A stretch of DNA of 64,000 nucleotides, taken from Rhodospirillales bacterium (GTDB taxonomy: Bacteria; Pseudomonadota; Alphaproteobacteria; Bin95). Positions 32,261-44,404 of the stretch are shown here, one piece after another (within the stretch, counting starts at the first letter, position 1; each line of letters begins with the position of its first letter). The stretch lies in NCBI GenBank assembly GCA_038143065.1, contig JAYQLI010000035.1, forward strand, positions 448,001-512,000, written 5' to 3'. Under the pieces are notes generated by a model. That model saw only the letters and a program-made list of their open reading frames with translations. It was not told the origin of the DNA and ran no database searches. A program made the translations under genes and the position numbers.

Positions 32261-32938
32261 TCATGCAACTGGTAAAAGTGTCGATACGTAAGTTTCCCTT
32301 CGGGTTAGATTTGCCTGGAATTCCTTTTCAAAAACATCGGCTACTGACCCTTTAACAGTCTCACATTCCATTAAGTTTAATGCCCACTTCTTTGTATTGG
32401 GATATGCATCTAATAGATGTGTTTTGAGGAACTGGTCAGCAAATAAAAAACGTTGAAAGAATGGGGCATACGCTGCGTCCACAAGACATAATTTGTCTCC
32501 ACCAAAATATAGGCCTTCGCTCTTATCGACCGATAAGGCGTATTCAACGCGGTCCAGTCTCTTTGTGGCTGTTTCGTACAAAACCTCTGAATCAGCTTTA
32601 GTTTTGGCGTAATAGACAGCAGAAAGACTTGCAGCAAAATCTGAAACAAAATCAGTCCAAGCCCTATGGCGTGCTTTTAATATTGGGTCAGATGGATGAA
32701 GTCGTGGTTCAACTGCTTCGTCTAAGTATTCGGCAATAGCGTTTGACTCAAACAATGGCACTTCATCTACAAGTAACACTGGGACCTTGCCGTGAGGCGA
32801 GATTTTTAGAAACCAGTCCGGCTTGTCACGAAGATTGATATAAGTGGTTTTAAATTTCACACCTTTTGCACGCAGGGCAATCACGGCCCTTTGAACCCAA
32901 GGTCAGGTGTATGAACTAATTAAATGTAATTTAGGCAT
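32261..32938 (-). CDS. Glutathione S-transferase family protein, predicted selenoprotein (UGA at 32903-32905 read as Sec)
   Basis: SD AAGGA, ATG 32938: MPKLHLISSYT-UGA-PWVQRAVIAL; then KPDWFLKISPHGKVPVL, LFESNAIAEYLDE, LVDAAYAPF. Confidence 0.88.
32874..32905 (-). promoter_or_regulatory. Candidate bacterial SECIS element of the GST gene
   Basis: UGA + 12 nt + stem AGGGC/GCCCU with loop CGUGAUU. Confidence 0.55.
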
Positions 32939-32966
32939 TTATTTTTTCCTTTGTAATCAATCATTC

Positions 32967-34570
32967 CTAATCAGCAGCATCTGCAAGAAGCATATCTGAA
33001 CCTTTTTCGCCTATCATAATTGCAGTGGAGTTAGTATTTGCTGTCGTAACTGCAGGCATTACTGATGCGTCAATGACACGGAGTCCTTGAACCCCACGGA
33101 CCTTTAATTGAGGATCCACTACGGCCATCTTGTCGTCTTCTGGTCCCATCTTACACACACCGACTGGGTGATAAATTGTATTGCCAGTTTGACGTGCAAA
33201 GTCAGCGATTTCATCGTCGGATTGAATCTCCCTGCCTGGTAAAGTTTCTCCTACAGAATACGGTTGGAACGCAGGTTGGGAAAAAATCTTTCGTGCTTGT
33301 CGAACTCCTTCAACTACGACGCGCACATCGTTTTCCGCGGACATGTAGTTAGGCCTAATTATTGGGTATTCTCTAGGATCTGAAGACTGCGCCATTATCG
33401 TCCCGCGGCTTTCAGGTCGGGCAATGGAACAGGCGATTGTCATTCCTGGTTCCTTTTCCAGCGCCCCAAATTTCTGGGGATCATAGCTCGCGGGTGAGAA
33501 GAGTAGTTGTATGTCAGGGCTAGCTAGGCCTTCACGACTATGGGTAAATACCTGAGCTGATGAAACACCAAAGGTAAGCGCCCCGCGTCCTTCAACGAAA
33601 AAAAGCGAACACCTTCGCGCATGAGGCGTAAGCCGCGAGACAATTGGTTTATCGAAACCGCATCTTTAGCTCTATGAGAGACACGAGCGATATAGTGGTC
33701 AGAAAGGTTTTGACCAACTCCAGGTAAATCATGGAGGGGTTCAACCCCAATAGTTTTTAAATGCTCAGCGGAGCCAACCCCTGATATTTGAAGAAGGTGC
33801 GGAGAGTTCACTGAGCCTCCAGCAAGAATTACTTCGGCGTTCGCCCTGACTTCGTTTGACTTATTGCCCTGAGAAAACGCTACTCCAATGCACTTTTTGC
33901 CCTCAAAAAGTAGTTTTGTTGCTAGCGCGTTAGTTATGATTTGAATATTTTCTTTATTCTTAACCTTCGAAAGATAAGTTTGAGCAGTTGAGCCACGCCT
34001 GCGGCCAATTTCTTGACATTTGGGAATACCCTACGCCAACACGCTCGTAGCCATTCAAGTCTTCTGCAAAAGGATGTCCAGCTTGTTGGGCAGCTTCGAC
34101 GAATTGGTGGGTTAATGGAAGAATCGTTCTGTAATCTTCTACCTGAAGAGGGCCATCCGCCCTCTGGTTTCACCAGTTCCTGATACGTAGCTTTCCGATC
34201 TTCTGAAGTAAGGTAAAACATCATCATATGACCAGCCACGGCACCCTGATTGCGCCCAGCTATCGTAGTCTGCCTGATGGCCTCTGATATAAAGCATGCC
34301 ATTGATTGAAGATGAACCACCTAAGGTTTTTCCTCTGGGCCAGTGGATTTCCCTTCCAGCAGTGCCTTTTTCGCCTTCTGAGTGATAATTCCAATTAAGC
34401 TTTGGATGATACAGCAGCTTTAGTATTCCAGCAGGAATATGTATCCATGGGTGAATGTCCTTTGGACCAGCTTCCAGAAGAACAACGTGCTTGCCTGCTT
34501 CTGCGAGACGCATTGCCACTACGCAGCCAGCAGAGCCTGCGCCTACTACAACATATTCTGCATTCATCAC
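32967..34570 (-). CDS. GMC family FAD oxidoreductase (choline dehydrogenase-like), split by several apparent frameshifts
   Basis: VVVGAGSAGC, PRGKTLGGSSSINGMLYIRG, NSPHLLQISGVG, LPGVGQNLSDH, YHPVGVCKMG, LRVIDASVMP..ANTNS. Confidence 0.88.
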
Positions 34571-34700
34571 TGGGCTCCTGGTAGCAACTCTTCACCCTGA
34601 ACAAACCATAGCTATTACATGAACTGCAACGGCAATTTTGCTTGCTCATCACTTAATGACAGATGATGATAACTAAAAAAAGCGGATAGGTGGGGGCTCG

Positions 34701-35476
34701 ATGTCTAAAACACGCAAAAAATTTGCAGATCAAGGATCCGTGATTGCTAGGGATCTAGGACTGAGCTTACCTGATGGTTCACCGGGACTTGCCGAATTTG
34801 CAGCTGAAGCTGGGTTCGCAAGTATTTGGGATAGACCCGCACTCTCCAAAGAAGATAGATTTTTCCCTGTATTGGCAACTCTCGCGGCTCTGGACAGGCA
34901 AGAAGTTCTGTCGGCTCACATCAAAGCGGCTTTGAATATTGGGTTAACGCCCAGAGCGATTCAGGAAATTATTATTCAATGTGCTCTCTATGGTGGTTTG
35001 CCTCTCGCAATTGCGGGGCTTGCGACTGCAAGCCAGGTGTTTGACGACCGCGGGCTTTCCAAACCCGAAACCCAAGCTATTGAAAACGACCAGGCTAACT
35101 GGACCTGTGATGAGCTTGCGCGAGAGGGACGGCGAATAATGAAGGAGTTGCATGGGGAACGTTCTGGTCAGGGTTATGCTGCTCCAGAAGACCCAGCTAC
35201 CTCTGCTCTTTATGAAGTAGCTATTCGTTATGGCTATGGGGTTATTTGGTCTCGGCCAGGGTTAACCTGGCGCCAGAGGATGTTAGTGGGTGTGGCAGCT
35301 TTTACCTCACTGCGTCTTTCTCAGACATTAACCAAATTTGCTGAGTCTGCACTTGGCCAAGGCCTATCCAGGAGCAGGTGGTTGAAGCCATAATGCAGAC
35401 AGCGCCTTATGGTGGGTTTCCACCTGCATTGACGGCTCTTTCTCAAGTTAAGCCAATACTGTTTCCAGATTCATGA
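34701..35476 (+). CDS. Carboxymuconolactone decarboxylase (CMD)-family protein, tandem domains (frameshift ~35370)
   Basis: IWDRPALS..EIIIQCALYGGLP and second copy IWSRPGLT..EAIMQTAPYGGFP (other frame, stop 35474-35476). Confidence 0.8.
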
Positions 35477-35682
35477 AGTGTATCTTCAAGCACGAGTACA
35501 CGAAGGGCGCTAGAGAGGTTGCCATTTCTTCTTTCATCAATTTCTGCAATCAGAGAATTCATTGAAACGCTGCGCTTAGAAGCAATAATCTTTAGCCTCT
35601 CCCAAAATGCGTTTTCTAAGCTGACGGAGGTCCGGTGCCCCTGCAGGGTAACGGAATGACGTCTTATTTCAGTGGGTTGCAT
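35443..35682 (-). CDS. Ribbon-helix-helix domain protein (RHH_4 type)
   Basis: RHSVTLQGHRTSVSLENAFW..LIAEID..NLSSALRV. Confidence 0.88.
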   Translation of the reverse strand: MQPTEIRRHSVTLQGHRTSVSLENAFWERLKIIASKRSVSMNSLIAEIDERRNGNLSSALRVLVLEDTLHESGNSIGLT

Positions 35683-35705
35683 ACGTCTGAATATCTGTAT
35701 CAGGG

Positions 35706-36314
35706 TTAAAGGGTAACGGTGTGAATGAATTTAGCTATCGCGTCTACACATTCATCTAAGTTATCGGAATGAGAGCGACCACTAGACCTACGAGGTTTTA
35801 GATCATGATCACCATCTTTTGACCAAAATATGTGAATTTTGGAGGAAATACAGTAACTCTCTACTTCATTTTTTGATCCGAACCTGTCGCGCTCACCCTG
35901 TACTATAAGGGTGGGTGTATTGAGGTTCAGTAAATGACTTGTTCGAGTATTTTCTGGCTTTCCAGGTGGATGAAAGGGGTAACCGACACAGATAAGGCCC
36001 GCCACTTTTAACCGATCTGCTATATGAGAAGCGACCCGACCTCCCATTGATTTTCCGCCAATCAGTGCGGCATTGCCATCTACTGCAGCGTAGATCTCAG
36101 AGAAGCGTTCCTCTAACCTTGGCATTCTATCCGGGGGTCTTCTTCGTCCATCAGACCTTTGTTTTTCCATGTAAGGAAACTCAAAACGGACGCAAGCGAC
36201 TGACCTCTCGGACAACTTAGTTGCGAAAGCTTCTAAAAATTGAGAATTCATTCCAGCGCCCGCACCATGCCCAAAAATCAGTATTGGAGCATTAGCGGGG
36301 CCTGTTCTAATCAT
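35706..36314 (-). CDS. Alpha/beta hydrolase (KANL3/Tex30-like)
   Basis: HGAGAGM, RFEFPYM, RRPPDR, GGKSMGGR, GYPFHPPGKP, QGERDRFG, GDHDL. Confidence 0.85.
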   Translation of the reverse strand: MIRTGPANAPILIFGHGAGAGMNSQFLEAFATKLSERSVACVRFEFPYMEKQRSDGRRRPPDRMPRLEERFSEIYAAVDGNAALIGGKSMGGRVASHIADRLKVAGLICVGYPFHPPGKPENTRTSHLLNLNTPTLIVQGERDRFGSKNEVESYCISSKIHIFWSKDGDHDLKPRRSSGRSHSDNLDECVDAIAKFIHTVTL

Positions 36315-36316
36315 AT

Positions 36317-37925
36317 CTAATTGGATGCAAAGAAGTCGTTGCCTTTATCGTCAGTGACTATAAATGCGGGAAAATCGACAACCTCTATGCGCCAGATCGC
36401 TTCCATTCCAAGTTCTGGATACTCTAATACTTCAACCTTTTTTATGTGTTGTTCTGCTAGACGTGCTGCACTGCCACCAATCGAGCCGAGGTAAAAACCA
36501 CCGTGCTTATCGCAGGCGTCGATAACTTGTTTTGACCGGTTGCCCTTAGCAAGCATTACCATACTGCCACCGGCAGCCTGAAACTGATCAACATAGGAGT
36601 CCATGCGCCCTGCGGTTGTTGGGCCAAAAGAACCGGACGCCATCCCCTCAGGGGTCTTGGCTGGCCCTGCGTAATATACAGGATGGTTTTTAAAATAATC
36701 CGGCATTGCTTCACCGGCATCAAGACGAGCTTTGATTTTGGCGTGAGCTAGGTCACGAGCCACTATTATAGGGCCGGTAAGCTTCAGGCGTGTCTTAATC
36801 GGATACTGAGAGAGGGTGTTTCTGATTTCGTCCATTGGACGATTAAGGTCAATATTTACGACCTCACCACCAAGTTGTTCCTGGTCCACCTCTGGAAGAT
36901 ACTGTGCAGGGTTAGTCTCAAGAGCCTCAAGAAAAACACCATTCTTAGTAATTTTACCTAAGGCCTGACGGTCTGCAGAGCAGGAAACGCCTATTCCGAT
37001 TGGAAGTGATGCCCCATGCCGTGGTAGACGAACAACACGTACATCGTGGCAAAAATATTTTCCGCCAAATTGGGCGCCAATGCCCATATTTTGGGTGAGT
37101 TCAAGAATAGTTTTTTCCATTTCAACGTCGCGAATTGCCTGACCGTGGACTCCACCTTTGGTGGTAAATGGTCGTAGTATTTTGTTGAGGCGAGTTTGAC
37201 TGTTTTAAGGTTCACTTCGGCGGATGTACCACCAATCACAATTGCCAAATGATATGGGGGCATGCAGCTGTACCAAGGGTTCTAATCTTTTCGTCAACAA
37301 ATTGTACTAAGCTATCCGCATTCAGAGTGGCAGGAGTGGCTTGATATAAAAAAGTCTTATTTGCTGAACCGCCACCTTTGGCAATGAACAAAAATTCATA
37401 AGCGTCACCATCGGTGGCATACAGATCAAATTGAACAGGGAGATTTGAGCCTGTATTTTTCTCTTCAAACATACTTATCGGAGAGAGTTGACTGTAGCGA
37501 AGGTTGTCCTCCTCGTACGTCTTGAATACTCCACGAGATAAGGCCTCTTCATCGCTGCTACCTGTCCAAATTTGTTGTCCCTTTTTGCCCATAATTATCG
37601 CTGTACCGGTGTCTTGACACATTGGGAGTACGCCACCGGCAGAAATATTGGCATTTTTGAGAAGGTCTACCGCAACAAATCTATCGTTTGCCGAAGCCTC
37701 CGGATCTTCCAGGATAGACGCTAATTGCTGGAGATGAGCTGGCCGAAGAAGATGCGAAATATCGTGAAATGCCTGTTTGGCCAGTAGTGTTAATGCCTCC
37801 GGTTCCACCACTACAACGTCTCTTCCATTAAAGTTTTCAACGCGTACGAAATCGCTGGTTAGTTTTCGGAATGGCGTATCTTCATGGGGAGCGTCGAACA
37901 TCGGACGATACTCGAAATCAGCCAT
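36317..37925 (-). CDS. fumA: Class I (Fe-S) fumarate hydratase, split by two apparent frameshifts
   Basis: [70 protein letters not shown]. Confidence 0.93.
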
Positions 37926-37961
37926 TAACTTATTCCTTAAGTAAAATTGAAAATTTGGATG

Positions 37962-38458
37962 TTATTTTTTGTTGCGAAATGCATCTAATGAAACAACTGT
38001 TCCGCTTTCTAAAGGTTCGCTTGCACCTTCAGGTGCCTGCGCACTTTCAATGGGAGCCTGATTTTGATCGGCTGGCGAAATTGAGTTGTCCAGCCCTTCT
38101 TCATTTTGAGGTTGAAAATGAAGTGCAAAATTTACCGCCGGATCAACAAAGGCTGTCACTGCGTCGAAAGGGATCTCAAGGCGCTCTGGGCGACGGTTAA
38201 ATCGAAGCGTCACCCCAAATCCTTCATCATCTATTTCGAGCGCATCAAATTGGTGCTGCAGAACAATGCTCATTTCTTCAGCGTATTGAGCCTTTAAATG
38301 ACTTGCGATTGATACTCGGGGTGTTCGGTTTGAAAGGTAATGTAAAAGTGATGTCGGTCTGGAAGACCTTCAGTGGCTGCAATTTCTAAAGCTGACCGCA
38401 CTACACCTTTTAGTGCAGCCTGCATGAGTTCACCGTAGTTAATTTCGGAAGCAGACAT
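37962..38458 (-). CDS. sspB: ClpXP adaptor SspB (alphaproteobacterial type; frameshift ~38318)
   Basis: INYGELMQAALKGVV..GLPDRHHFYITF; MSIVLQHQF..F.DP.V.F; C-terminal VVSLDAFRNKK ClpX-binding tail; directly downstream of ssrA. Confidence 0.9.
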
Positions 38459-38519
38459 TGGCTTTCCTGTTAAAATCGTGGTGCGGACATAACTCAGATT
38501 AGTCACGTCCATATAAAAG

Positions 38520-38815
38520 GCGAGGGGTTTTCTGTTGCCCGGTAACCCCCAAACCGCGCTTACTTAATTTACCTTACGGTAGATTACGCAGCGATTGCGA
38601 CTTCATTGTCGTTCGCAACTAGGTTTTTGAGCCGATAACGGCGGCATCGCACCGAGCAAAAACTACGTCTTTACCGCGCACGTCGAGCCTGGTTCGCCCC
38701 CATCAGAGCTAGTCGGACAATGCGCTAGCTAATTTGGTGGAGGCGCCGGGTACTGCCCCGGGTCCGTAACGCTTATTTCACGCAGCGTTTATCGCCATAG
38801 ACGGGCAAAGCCCGA
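38520..38815 (-). ncRNA. ssrA: Circularly permuted two-piece tmRNA
   Basis: Acceptor piece ending GGCAGTACCCGGCGCCTCCACCA (CCA at 38737-38735), 33-nt intervening segment, coding piece starting GGGGGCGAA..GGCTCGACG (38701), tag ORF ANDNEVAIAA* at 38616-38584; outer ends approximate. Confidence 0.95.
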
Positions 38816-38900
38816 CATCTAGGAATATACGCGTGATCACCCCATGTTAAAAGTGCATTGATCAAGTTAGATCTGGTTTTTCAGTGGAGTGGGGATAGCC

Positions 38901-39836
38901 ATGGCAGAAATTAGTGCAGAAGACAGAGATGCCTTGATGGCGGCTCAAAGCATGAGCGCTAAAACTAAACGGGCTACTGTGCCTGCGCTTGAAGAAATTT
39001 TGTATGAACCATTACCTGTTCTGGATCACGGCTTTATTCGAGTGGTTGATTATATGGGGGATGATGCTGCAATAGTGCAGGCAGCGAGAGTTTCTTATGG
39101 AAAAGGTACACGACAGGCGTCCCAAGACGAGGGGCTAATTCGCTATTTGATGCGTCACAGACACACTTCACCTTTTGAGATGTGCGAAATCAAGCTTCAT
39201 GTAAAGTTGCCGATGTTTATCGCAAGGCAATGGATACGTCATCGTACGGCCAACGTTAATGAATACTCCGCTCGTTATTCCATTTTAGATAAAGAGTTTT
39301 ACGTTCCAGCGGCTGATCAGCTTGCGGTTCAGTCGTCAATAAATAATCAAGGCCGGGGCGAAGCAATAAATCGTAATGATGCGGAAAAAATCTTAGATTT
39401 GATGAAGAGAGATGCCGCACAGGCTTTCAACTCCTATGAGCAATTAATCAATTCGGATGCAGATGGAAAGCCAGTAGACGCGGAACGCCCCGCTTTGGCT
39501 CGCGAATTAGCGCGAATTGGACTGCCACTCTCAACGTACACGCAATGGTACTGGAAAACAGACTTACATAACTTGTTTCATTTCATGGCGTTGCGTGCAG
39601 ATTCTCATGCGCAATATGAAATTCGTGTGTACGCTGACGTTATTCGAGATATCGCCAACAGGTGGGTTCCTTTGGCTTCTAAAGCATTTGAGGATTACCG
39701 TCTGCATGGAGTTGAGCTATCCAGGGATGCAATAGATGTAGTGCGTCGCCGTTTGCGTGGTGAGAATGTAGAAAGAGAAACTACGGGTTTGAGCCTTCGT
39801 GAATGGAGAGAGTTGCAAGATCTCCTGGGCGAGTAA
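38901..39836 (+). CDS. thyX: FAD-dependent thymidylate synthase
   Basis: [52 protein letters not shown]. Confidence 0.97.
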   Translation: MAEISAEDRDALMAAQSMSAKTKRATVPALEEILYEPLPVLDHGFIRVVDYMGDDAAIVQAARVSYGKGTRQASQDEGLIRYLMRHRHTSPFEMCEIKLHVKLPMFIARQWIRHRTANVNEYSARYSILDKEFYVPAADQLAVQSSINNQGRGEAINRNDAEKILDLMKRDAAQAFNSYEQLINSDADGKPVDAERPALARELARIGLPLSTYTQWYWKTDLHNLFHFMALRADSHAQYEIRVYADVIRDIANRWVPLASKAFEDYRLHGVELSRDAIDVVRRRLRGENVERETTGLSLREWRELQDLLGE

Positions 39837-40055
39837 ATTATCAATTTAACCCAGCAGCCTATCGTTCTCTTAGGTATTTTAGTGGAGTTGAATGGATGAA
39901 GAGCAAATCTTCTGTGTTGGCTCTGCTGCTTTTTACGCAGCCAAAATAATGCTTATCGTTGATTTAAAGCATTTTTACAGTCATAAGTTTGGCATTGTAA
40001 GGAACGGATCCCGTCTGGACTAAAAAAGTTCCAAAAAAACACGTTAGGGTAGGTA

Positions 40056-40931
40056 ATGGACGAAAACCGAATTGTTGAAGCGGTAAATCTCAAGATCCAT
40101 TTTCCGCTGGAGGAAATAACGGTTAAAGCCGTTGATGGTGTGAGCTTCCACATAGACCGTGGCGAGACTCTAGCAGTAGTTGGGGAGTCAGGCTCCGGTA
40201 AGTCTGTTACCGCTATGGGGCTTATGCGTTTGAATGACTACGCTGGCGGAAAGATAGTCGGCGGGGAGGCGCGCCTGCGCAGACCCAATGGAGAAATCGT
40301 AGATTTGGTTGGTTCCGATCAAGAAGTGATGCGCTCTATCCGGGGCAATAACATTTCCATGATTTTCCAAGAGCCGATGACGAGTTTGAATCCGGTCTAC
40401 ACGGTTGGAAATCAAATTATGGAAACGATAATGCTGCATCAGCAAAAGTCGGAAGAAGAAGCCCGCGAGACTGCCTTAGAGATGCTGCAACTTGTGCGTA
40501 TTCCAGAGCCGGCTAAGCAATTGGAGCAATATCCTCATCATCTTTCGGGTGGGATGCGCCAACGCGTAATGATTGCAATGGCGTTATCATGTCGTCCGGA
40601 TCTCCTAATTGCCGACGAGCCTACTACTGCGCTAGATGTAACTATTCAGGCTCAAATTCTAGATCTTATTCGACATCTTCAAAAAGAAATTGGTATGGCT
40701 GTCATGTTCATCACTCATGACATGGGGGTCGTTGCCGAAATGGCTGATCGTGTTTTGGTCATGTACAAGGGGCATAAAATGGAAGAGGGATCAGTGGACC
40801 AAATCTTCCACGCTCCTGAGCATCCTTACACAAAAGCTCTGTTGAATGCTGTTCCCAAACTTGGGTCAATGCAGGGTAAATCACAACCTGAACCGTTCCC
40901 CGATGTCGTCATTGATGGAAATGCGGCTTGA
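40056..40931 (+). CDS. Peptide/nickel ABC transporter ATP-binding protein (OppD/DppD-like)
   Basis: [41 protein letters not shown]. Confidence 0.92.
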   Translation: MDENRIVEAVNLKIHFPLEEITVKAVDGVSFHIDRGETLAVVGESGSGKSVTAMGLMRLNDYAGGKIVGGEARLRRPNGEIVDLVGSDQEVMRSIRGNNISMIFQEPMTSLNPVYTVGNQIMETIMLHQQKSEEEARETALEMLQLVRIPEPAKQLEQYPHHLSGGMRQRVMIAMALSCRPDLLIADEPTTALDVTIQAQILDLIRHLQKEIGMAVMFITHDMGVVAEMADRVLVMYKGHKMEEGSVDQIFHAPEHPYTKALLNAVPKLGSMQGKSQPEPFPDVVIDGNAA

Positions 40932-40950
40932 ATAAAACGGACATAATAGA

Positions 40951-41888
40951 ATGTTAGACAATTCTTCTGATCAGCAGCCAATTATCGAGGCTAAAGACCT
41001 AACTACCCGTTTTGATATCAAATCAGGGATGTTCGGTAAGGTAACAGGGCGCGTTCATGCCGTTGAAGGGGTTAACTTCCACGTTAATCCGAAGGAAACA
41101 CTTTCATTGGTTGGGAGTCAGGTTGCGGAAAGTCGACGACAGGTCGATCACTTCTTAAGCTTGTTGAGCCAACGAGAGGAAAGGTTATCTTTGAAGGAGA
41201 GGACATTACGGACTTTTCGGCGACGCAGATGCGTGCAATCCGTCCGCAACTTCAGATGATTTTCCAGGACCCCTTTGCTAGCTTAAATCCTCGCTTAACT
41301 GCCGGTGCTGCCATTGCTGAACCAATGAAAGTTCATGGTATTGCTTCAGGTTCTGAACTTAAAGATAGGGTTGCCTCTTTGTTGCGTAGGGTGGGATTGC
41401 CTCCTGAGTACGCGCAGCGTTTTCCTCATGAGTTCTCTGGTGGCCAGCGTCAGCGGATTTGTATAGCTCGTGCCCTGGGGCTTAATCCAAGAATGATTGT
41501 TGCTGACGAGGCAGTGTCGGCACTTGACGTGACTATCAAAGCTCAAGTCATTAATTTAATGATGGAATTACAAGACGAGTTTGATATTGCGTTCTTGTTT
41601 ATCTCCCATGATATGGCCGTTGTGGAAAGAATAAGCCACCGGGTTGCAGTTATGTATCTCGGTCAAATTGTTGAGCTTGGTACGCGTCAGGCAGTGTTTG
41701 AAAATCCAACACATCCTTATACAAAGAAGTTGTTGGCTGCTGTTCCCGTCGCAGACCCTAGAGAGCGCAACTTGAACCGTGCTTTGAATGCAGACGAAAT
41801 TCCCAGTCCGGTAAAGCCAGTGGGTTTTGAGCCTAACTTAGTTAAGATGGAAGAAATTGCCCCTGGGCATTTTGTATTGCCTCATTAA
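40951..41888 (+). CDS. Peptide ABC transporter ATP-binding protein (OppF/DppF-like; frameshift ~41115)
   Basis: VHAVEGV, Walker A broken at G-run (GESGCGKST in shifted frame), [29 protein letters not shown]. Confidence 0.88.
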
Positions 41889-41964
41889 TTTGGATTATAG
41901 GCTGGACCTGCAATGTTCCTGCGCGTAGAACGCGCTTAATACAAAGAACCTGGATATTAGTTCT

Positions 41965-42648
41965 ATGAACGTTATTCGCCTCGACGCGGCGGAGCCTCTG
42001 CGGCTCGCGCTGCCTAAAGGTCGTATTCTTAAAGAGTTAAGGCCAATTCTCGAGGCTGCAGATATTCATCCAGAAGCAGCGTTTGAGGACCCTGAAACAC
42101 GTAAATTACGTTTTTCAACCAATATCCCGGGGTTGGAAATTGTTCGGGTGCGCAGCTTTGATGTTGCAAGTTTTGTTGCGTTTGGAGGAGCAGATTTCGG
42201 TATTGCAGGTCGGGACGTTGTTATGGAATTCAATGATCCGGAGGTTTATGCGCCTCTTGATCTCGGGATTGGATATTGTCGGCTTGCGGTTGCCGAGCCG
42301 GCAGCAATGGCTCCAGAGGATGACCCCACACGGTGGAGCCACGTTCGCATAGCAACTAAGTATCCGAATATAACTGCCAAGCACTTTGCTGCGCGTGGAG
42401 TGCAGGCAGAGTGTATTAAGCTAAACGGTGCTATGGAATTAGCCCCAGTTCTAGGGCTCTGTTCTCGTATTGTAGATTTAGTTTCAACTGGGTCTACACT
42501 TAAGGCTAATGGACTAGTTGAAATAGAGCATATTGCTGATATTTCTTCGTTATTGATCGTTAATCGCACACAGATGAAGACCCGTTCACATCTGATGAGA
42601 GGGTGGATAGAACGATTCCGGAGTGCACTTAATGCCCAGGTGGCTTGA
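41965..42648 (+). CDS. hisG: ATP phosphoribosyltransferase, short form
   Basis: [47 protein letters not shown]; lacks the C-terminal regulatory domain. Confidence 0.96.
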   Translation: MNVIRLDAAEPLRLALPKGRILKELRPILEAADIHPEAAFEDPETRKLRFSTNIPGLEIVRVRSFDVASFVAFGGADFGIAGRDVVMEFNDPEVYAPLDLGIGYCRLAVAEPAAMAPEDDPTRWSHVRIATKYPNITAKHFAARGVQAECIKLNGAMELAPVLGLCSRIVDLVSTGSTLKANGLVEIEHIADISSLLIVNRTQMKTRSHLMRGWIERFRSALNAQVA

Positions 42649-43924
42649 AGCTTCAAACGAGAATTTTAACGCTGAACTATCCGCTCTATTGGAAGAGAGG
42701 CGAAAGAGCGTTTCACAGAAGGTCGATGCGCCAGTAGCTGAAATTATTAATGATGTTCGCTGTTCTGGCATCTCTGCTGTTATTTCGGCCACTGCAAAAT
42801 TTGACGAATTTCAGGCGCGGGTACCTGAGGAATTGCGCGTTCCGCCAGAAGCGTTGGTGGAAGCTCTTGAAAGCCTGCCAGGTAAGATGCGTGATGCCCT
42901 AGAACTGGCCGCCTCTCGAATTCAATCATTTCATGAGCGCCAGTTGCCGACAGGATTTGAGTACACCGATGATCTTGGAGTAAAATTAGGGATGCGGTGG
43001 ACTGCAATAAATGCCGTTGGATTATATGTTCCAGGCGGTGCCGCTGCATATCCAAGTTCAGTTTTAATGAATGCAATCCCTGCGAAAGTCGCTGGGGTTG
43101 AACGACTCGTGATTACTGCGCCAACACCCAGAGGAAAAGATAACTCTATGGTGTTAGCGGCAGCTGCTTTAGCGGGGGTAGATGAGGTTTGGCGAATAGG
43201 GGGAGCGCAAGCTATTGCCGCGTTAGCGTATGGTGCAGATCCCATTTTTCCTGTCGATAAGATTGTTGGTCCCGGTAATGCCTATGTGGCTGAAGCGAAA
43301 AGGCAAGTCTTCGGTCAAGTCGGTATAGATATGATTGCTGGTCCGTCTGAAGTTCTTGTTGTGGCTGATAAATCAGCCGATCCACGTTGGCTTGCAATAG
43401 ATCTTCTAGCACAGGCAGAACATGATACGGACGCTCAATCCATTATAATTTCGGACTCAGTTGAGCTCTTAAAGAGCGTTCAGGATGCAGTTGAGCAAGA
43501 GCTTAAAACGCTTCCGAGATCAGCTATTGCAGGTGCATCTTGGAATAATCATGGTGGTTTGATCCGCGCAAGTTTGGAAGCAACACCTCAAATCATAGAT
43601 CACATAGCACCAGAGCATCTTGAATTAGCTATAGAGAAGCCAACGGTACTTGCAGACAGGGTTCAAAATGCCGGATCTATTTTCATTGGTACTAAAACGC
43701 CGGAGGCTATAGGGGATTATATAGGGGGCCCAAATCATGTTTTACCTACATCGGGCGCAGCGCGTTTTTCTTCTGGTTTAGGCGTCATAGATTTTATGAA
43801 GCGCACAACATTGATGGGTTGTGATGATGGTAGCCTTTCGCATATTGGTCCGCCTGCAATTACCTTGGCCGATTCAGAGGGTCTTGATGCACACGCTCGG
43901 TCCATTGCCGTTCGTTTGAGCTGA
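42632..43924 (+). CDS. hisD: Histidinol dehydrogenase
   Basis: [68 protein letters not shown]. Confidence 0.97.
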   Translation: MPRWLEASNENFNAELSALLEERRKSVSQKVDAPVAEIINDVRCSGISAVISATAKFDEFQARVPEELRVPPEALVEALESLPGKMRDALELAASRIQSFHERQLPTGFEYTDDLGVKLGMRWTAINAVGLYVPGGAAAYPSSVLMNAIPAKVAGVERLVITAPTPRGKDNSMVLAAAALAGVDEVWRIGGAQAIAALAYGADPIFPVDKIVGPGNAYVAEAKRQVFGQVGIDMIAGPSEVLVVADKSADPRWLAIDLLAQAEHDTDAQSIIISDSVELLKSVQDAVEQELKTLPRSAIAGASWNNHGGLIRASLEATPQIIDHIAPEHLELAIEKPTVLADRVQNAGSIFIGTKTPEAIGDYIGGPNHVLPTSGAARFSSGLGVIDFMKRTTLMGCDDGSLSHIGPPAITLADSEGLDAHARSIAVRLS

Positions 43925-44396
43925 TGGATTCAGATGATCGTATTGTTCAGATTGAGCTTGATGAAGGTTTAGGAGCTCGAGGAAAGCCTGAAATTGAGCA
44001 GGAACGAGCGATAGCATTACAAGCATTCATTGAGGAAAATAGCTTTTCAATCCGCGATGGTAAACTGGGACCATATCACCTGACTTTAGGGTTGGATGAA
44101 GACCGACTTCTGATGAAAGTGCGAGCATTAGCATCAGAAGAATATGTATTGATTGGGCTTCCACTAAGCCCATTCCGAAAAATTTTTAGAGACTATTTTT
44201 TGATTTGCGACAGCTATTTTGAAGCAATTCGTGACAAACCACTTTCGTATATTGAAGCCATAGATATGGGGCGACGGAGTTTACATAATGAGGCAGCAGA
44301 GAGTTGTGTGCAGCCTTAGATGATCGAGTTGTGATTAATAAAACAACAGCCAGGCGCTTGTTTACCTTATTATGCGTCCTCCATTCACGCCATTAA
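43924..44396 (+). CDS. UPF0262 family protein (frameshift ~44300)
   Basis: EQERAIA, GPYHL, LSPFRKIFRDYFLICDSY, IEAIDMGRRSLHNE; continues TARRLFTLLCVLH in another frame. Confidence 0.88.
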
Positions 44397-44404
44397 AGGA
44401 ATGG

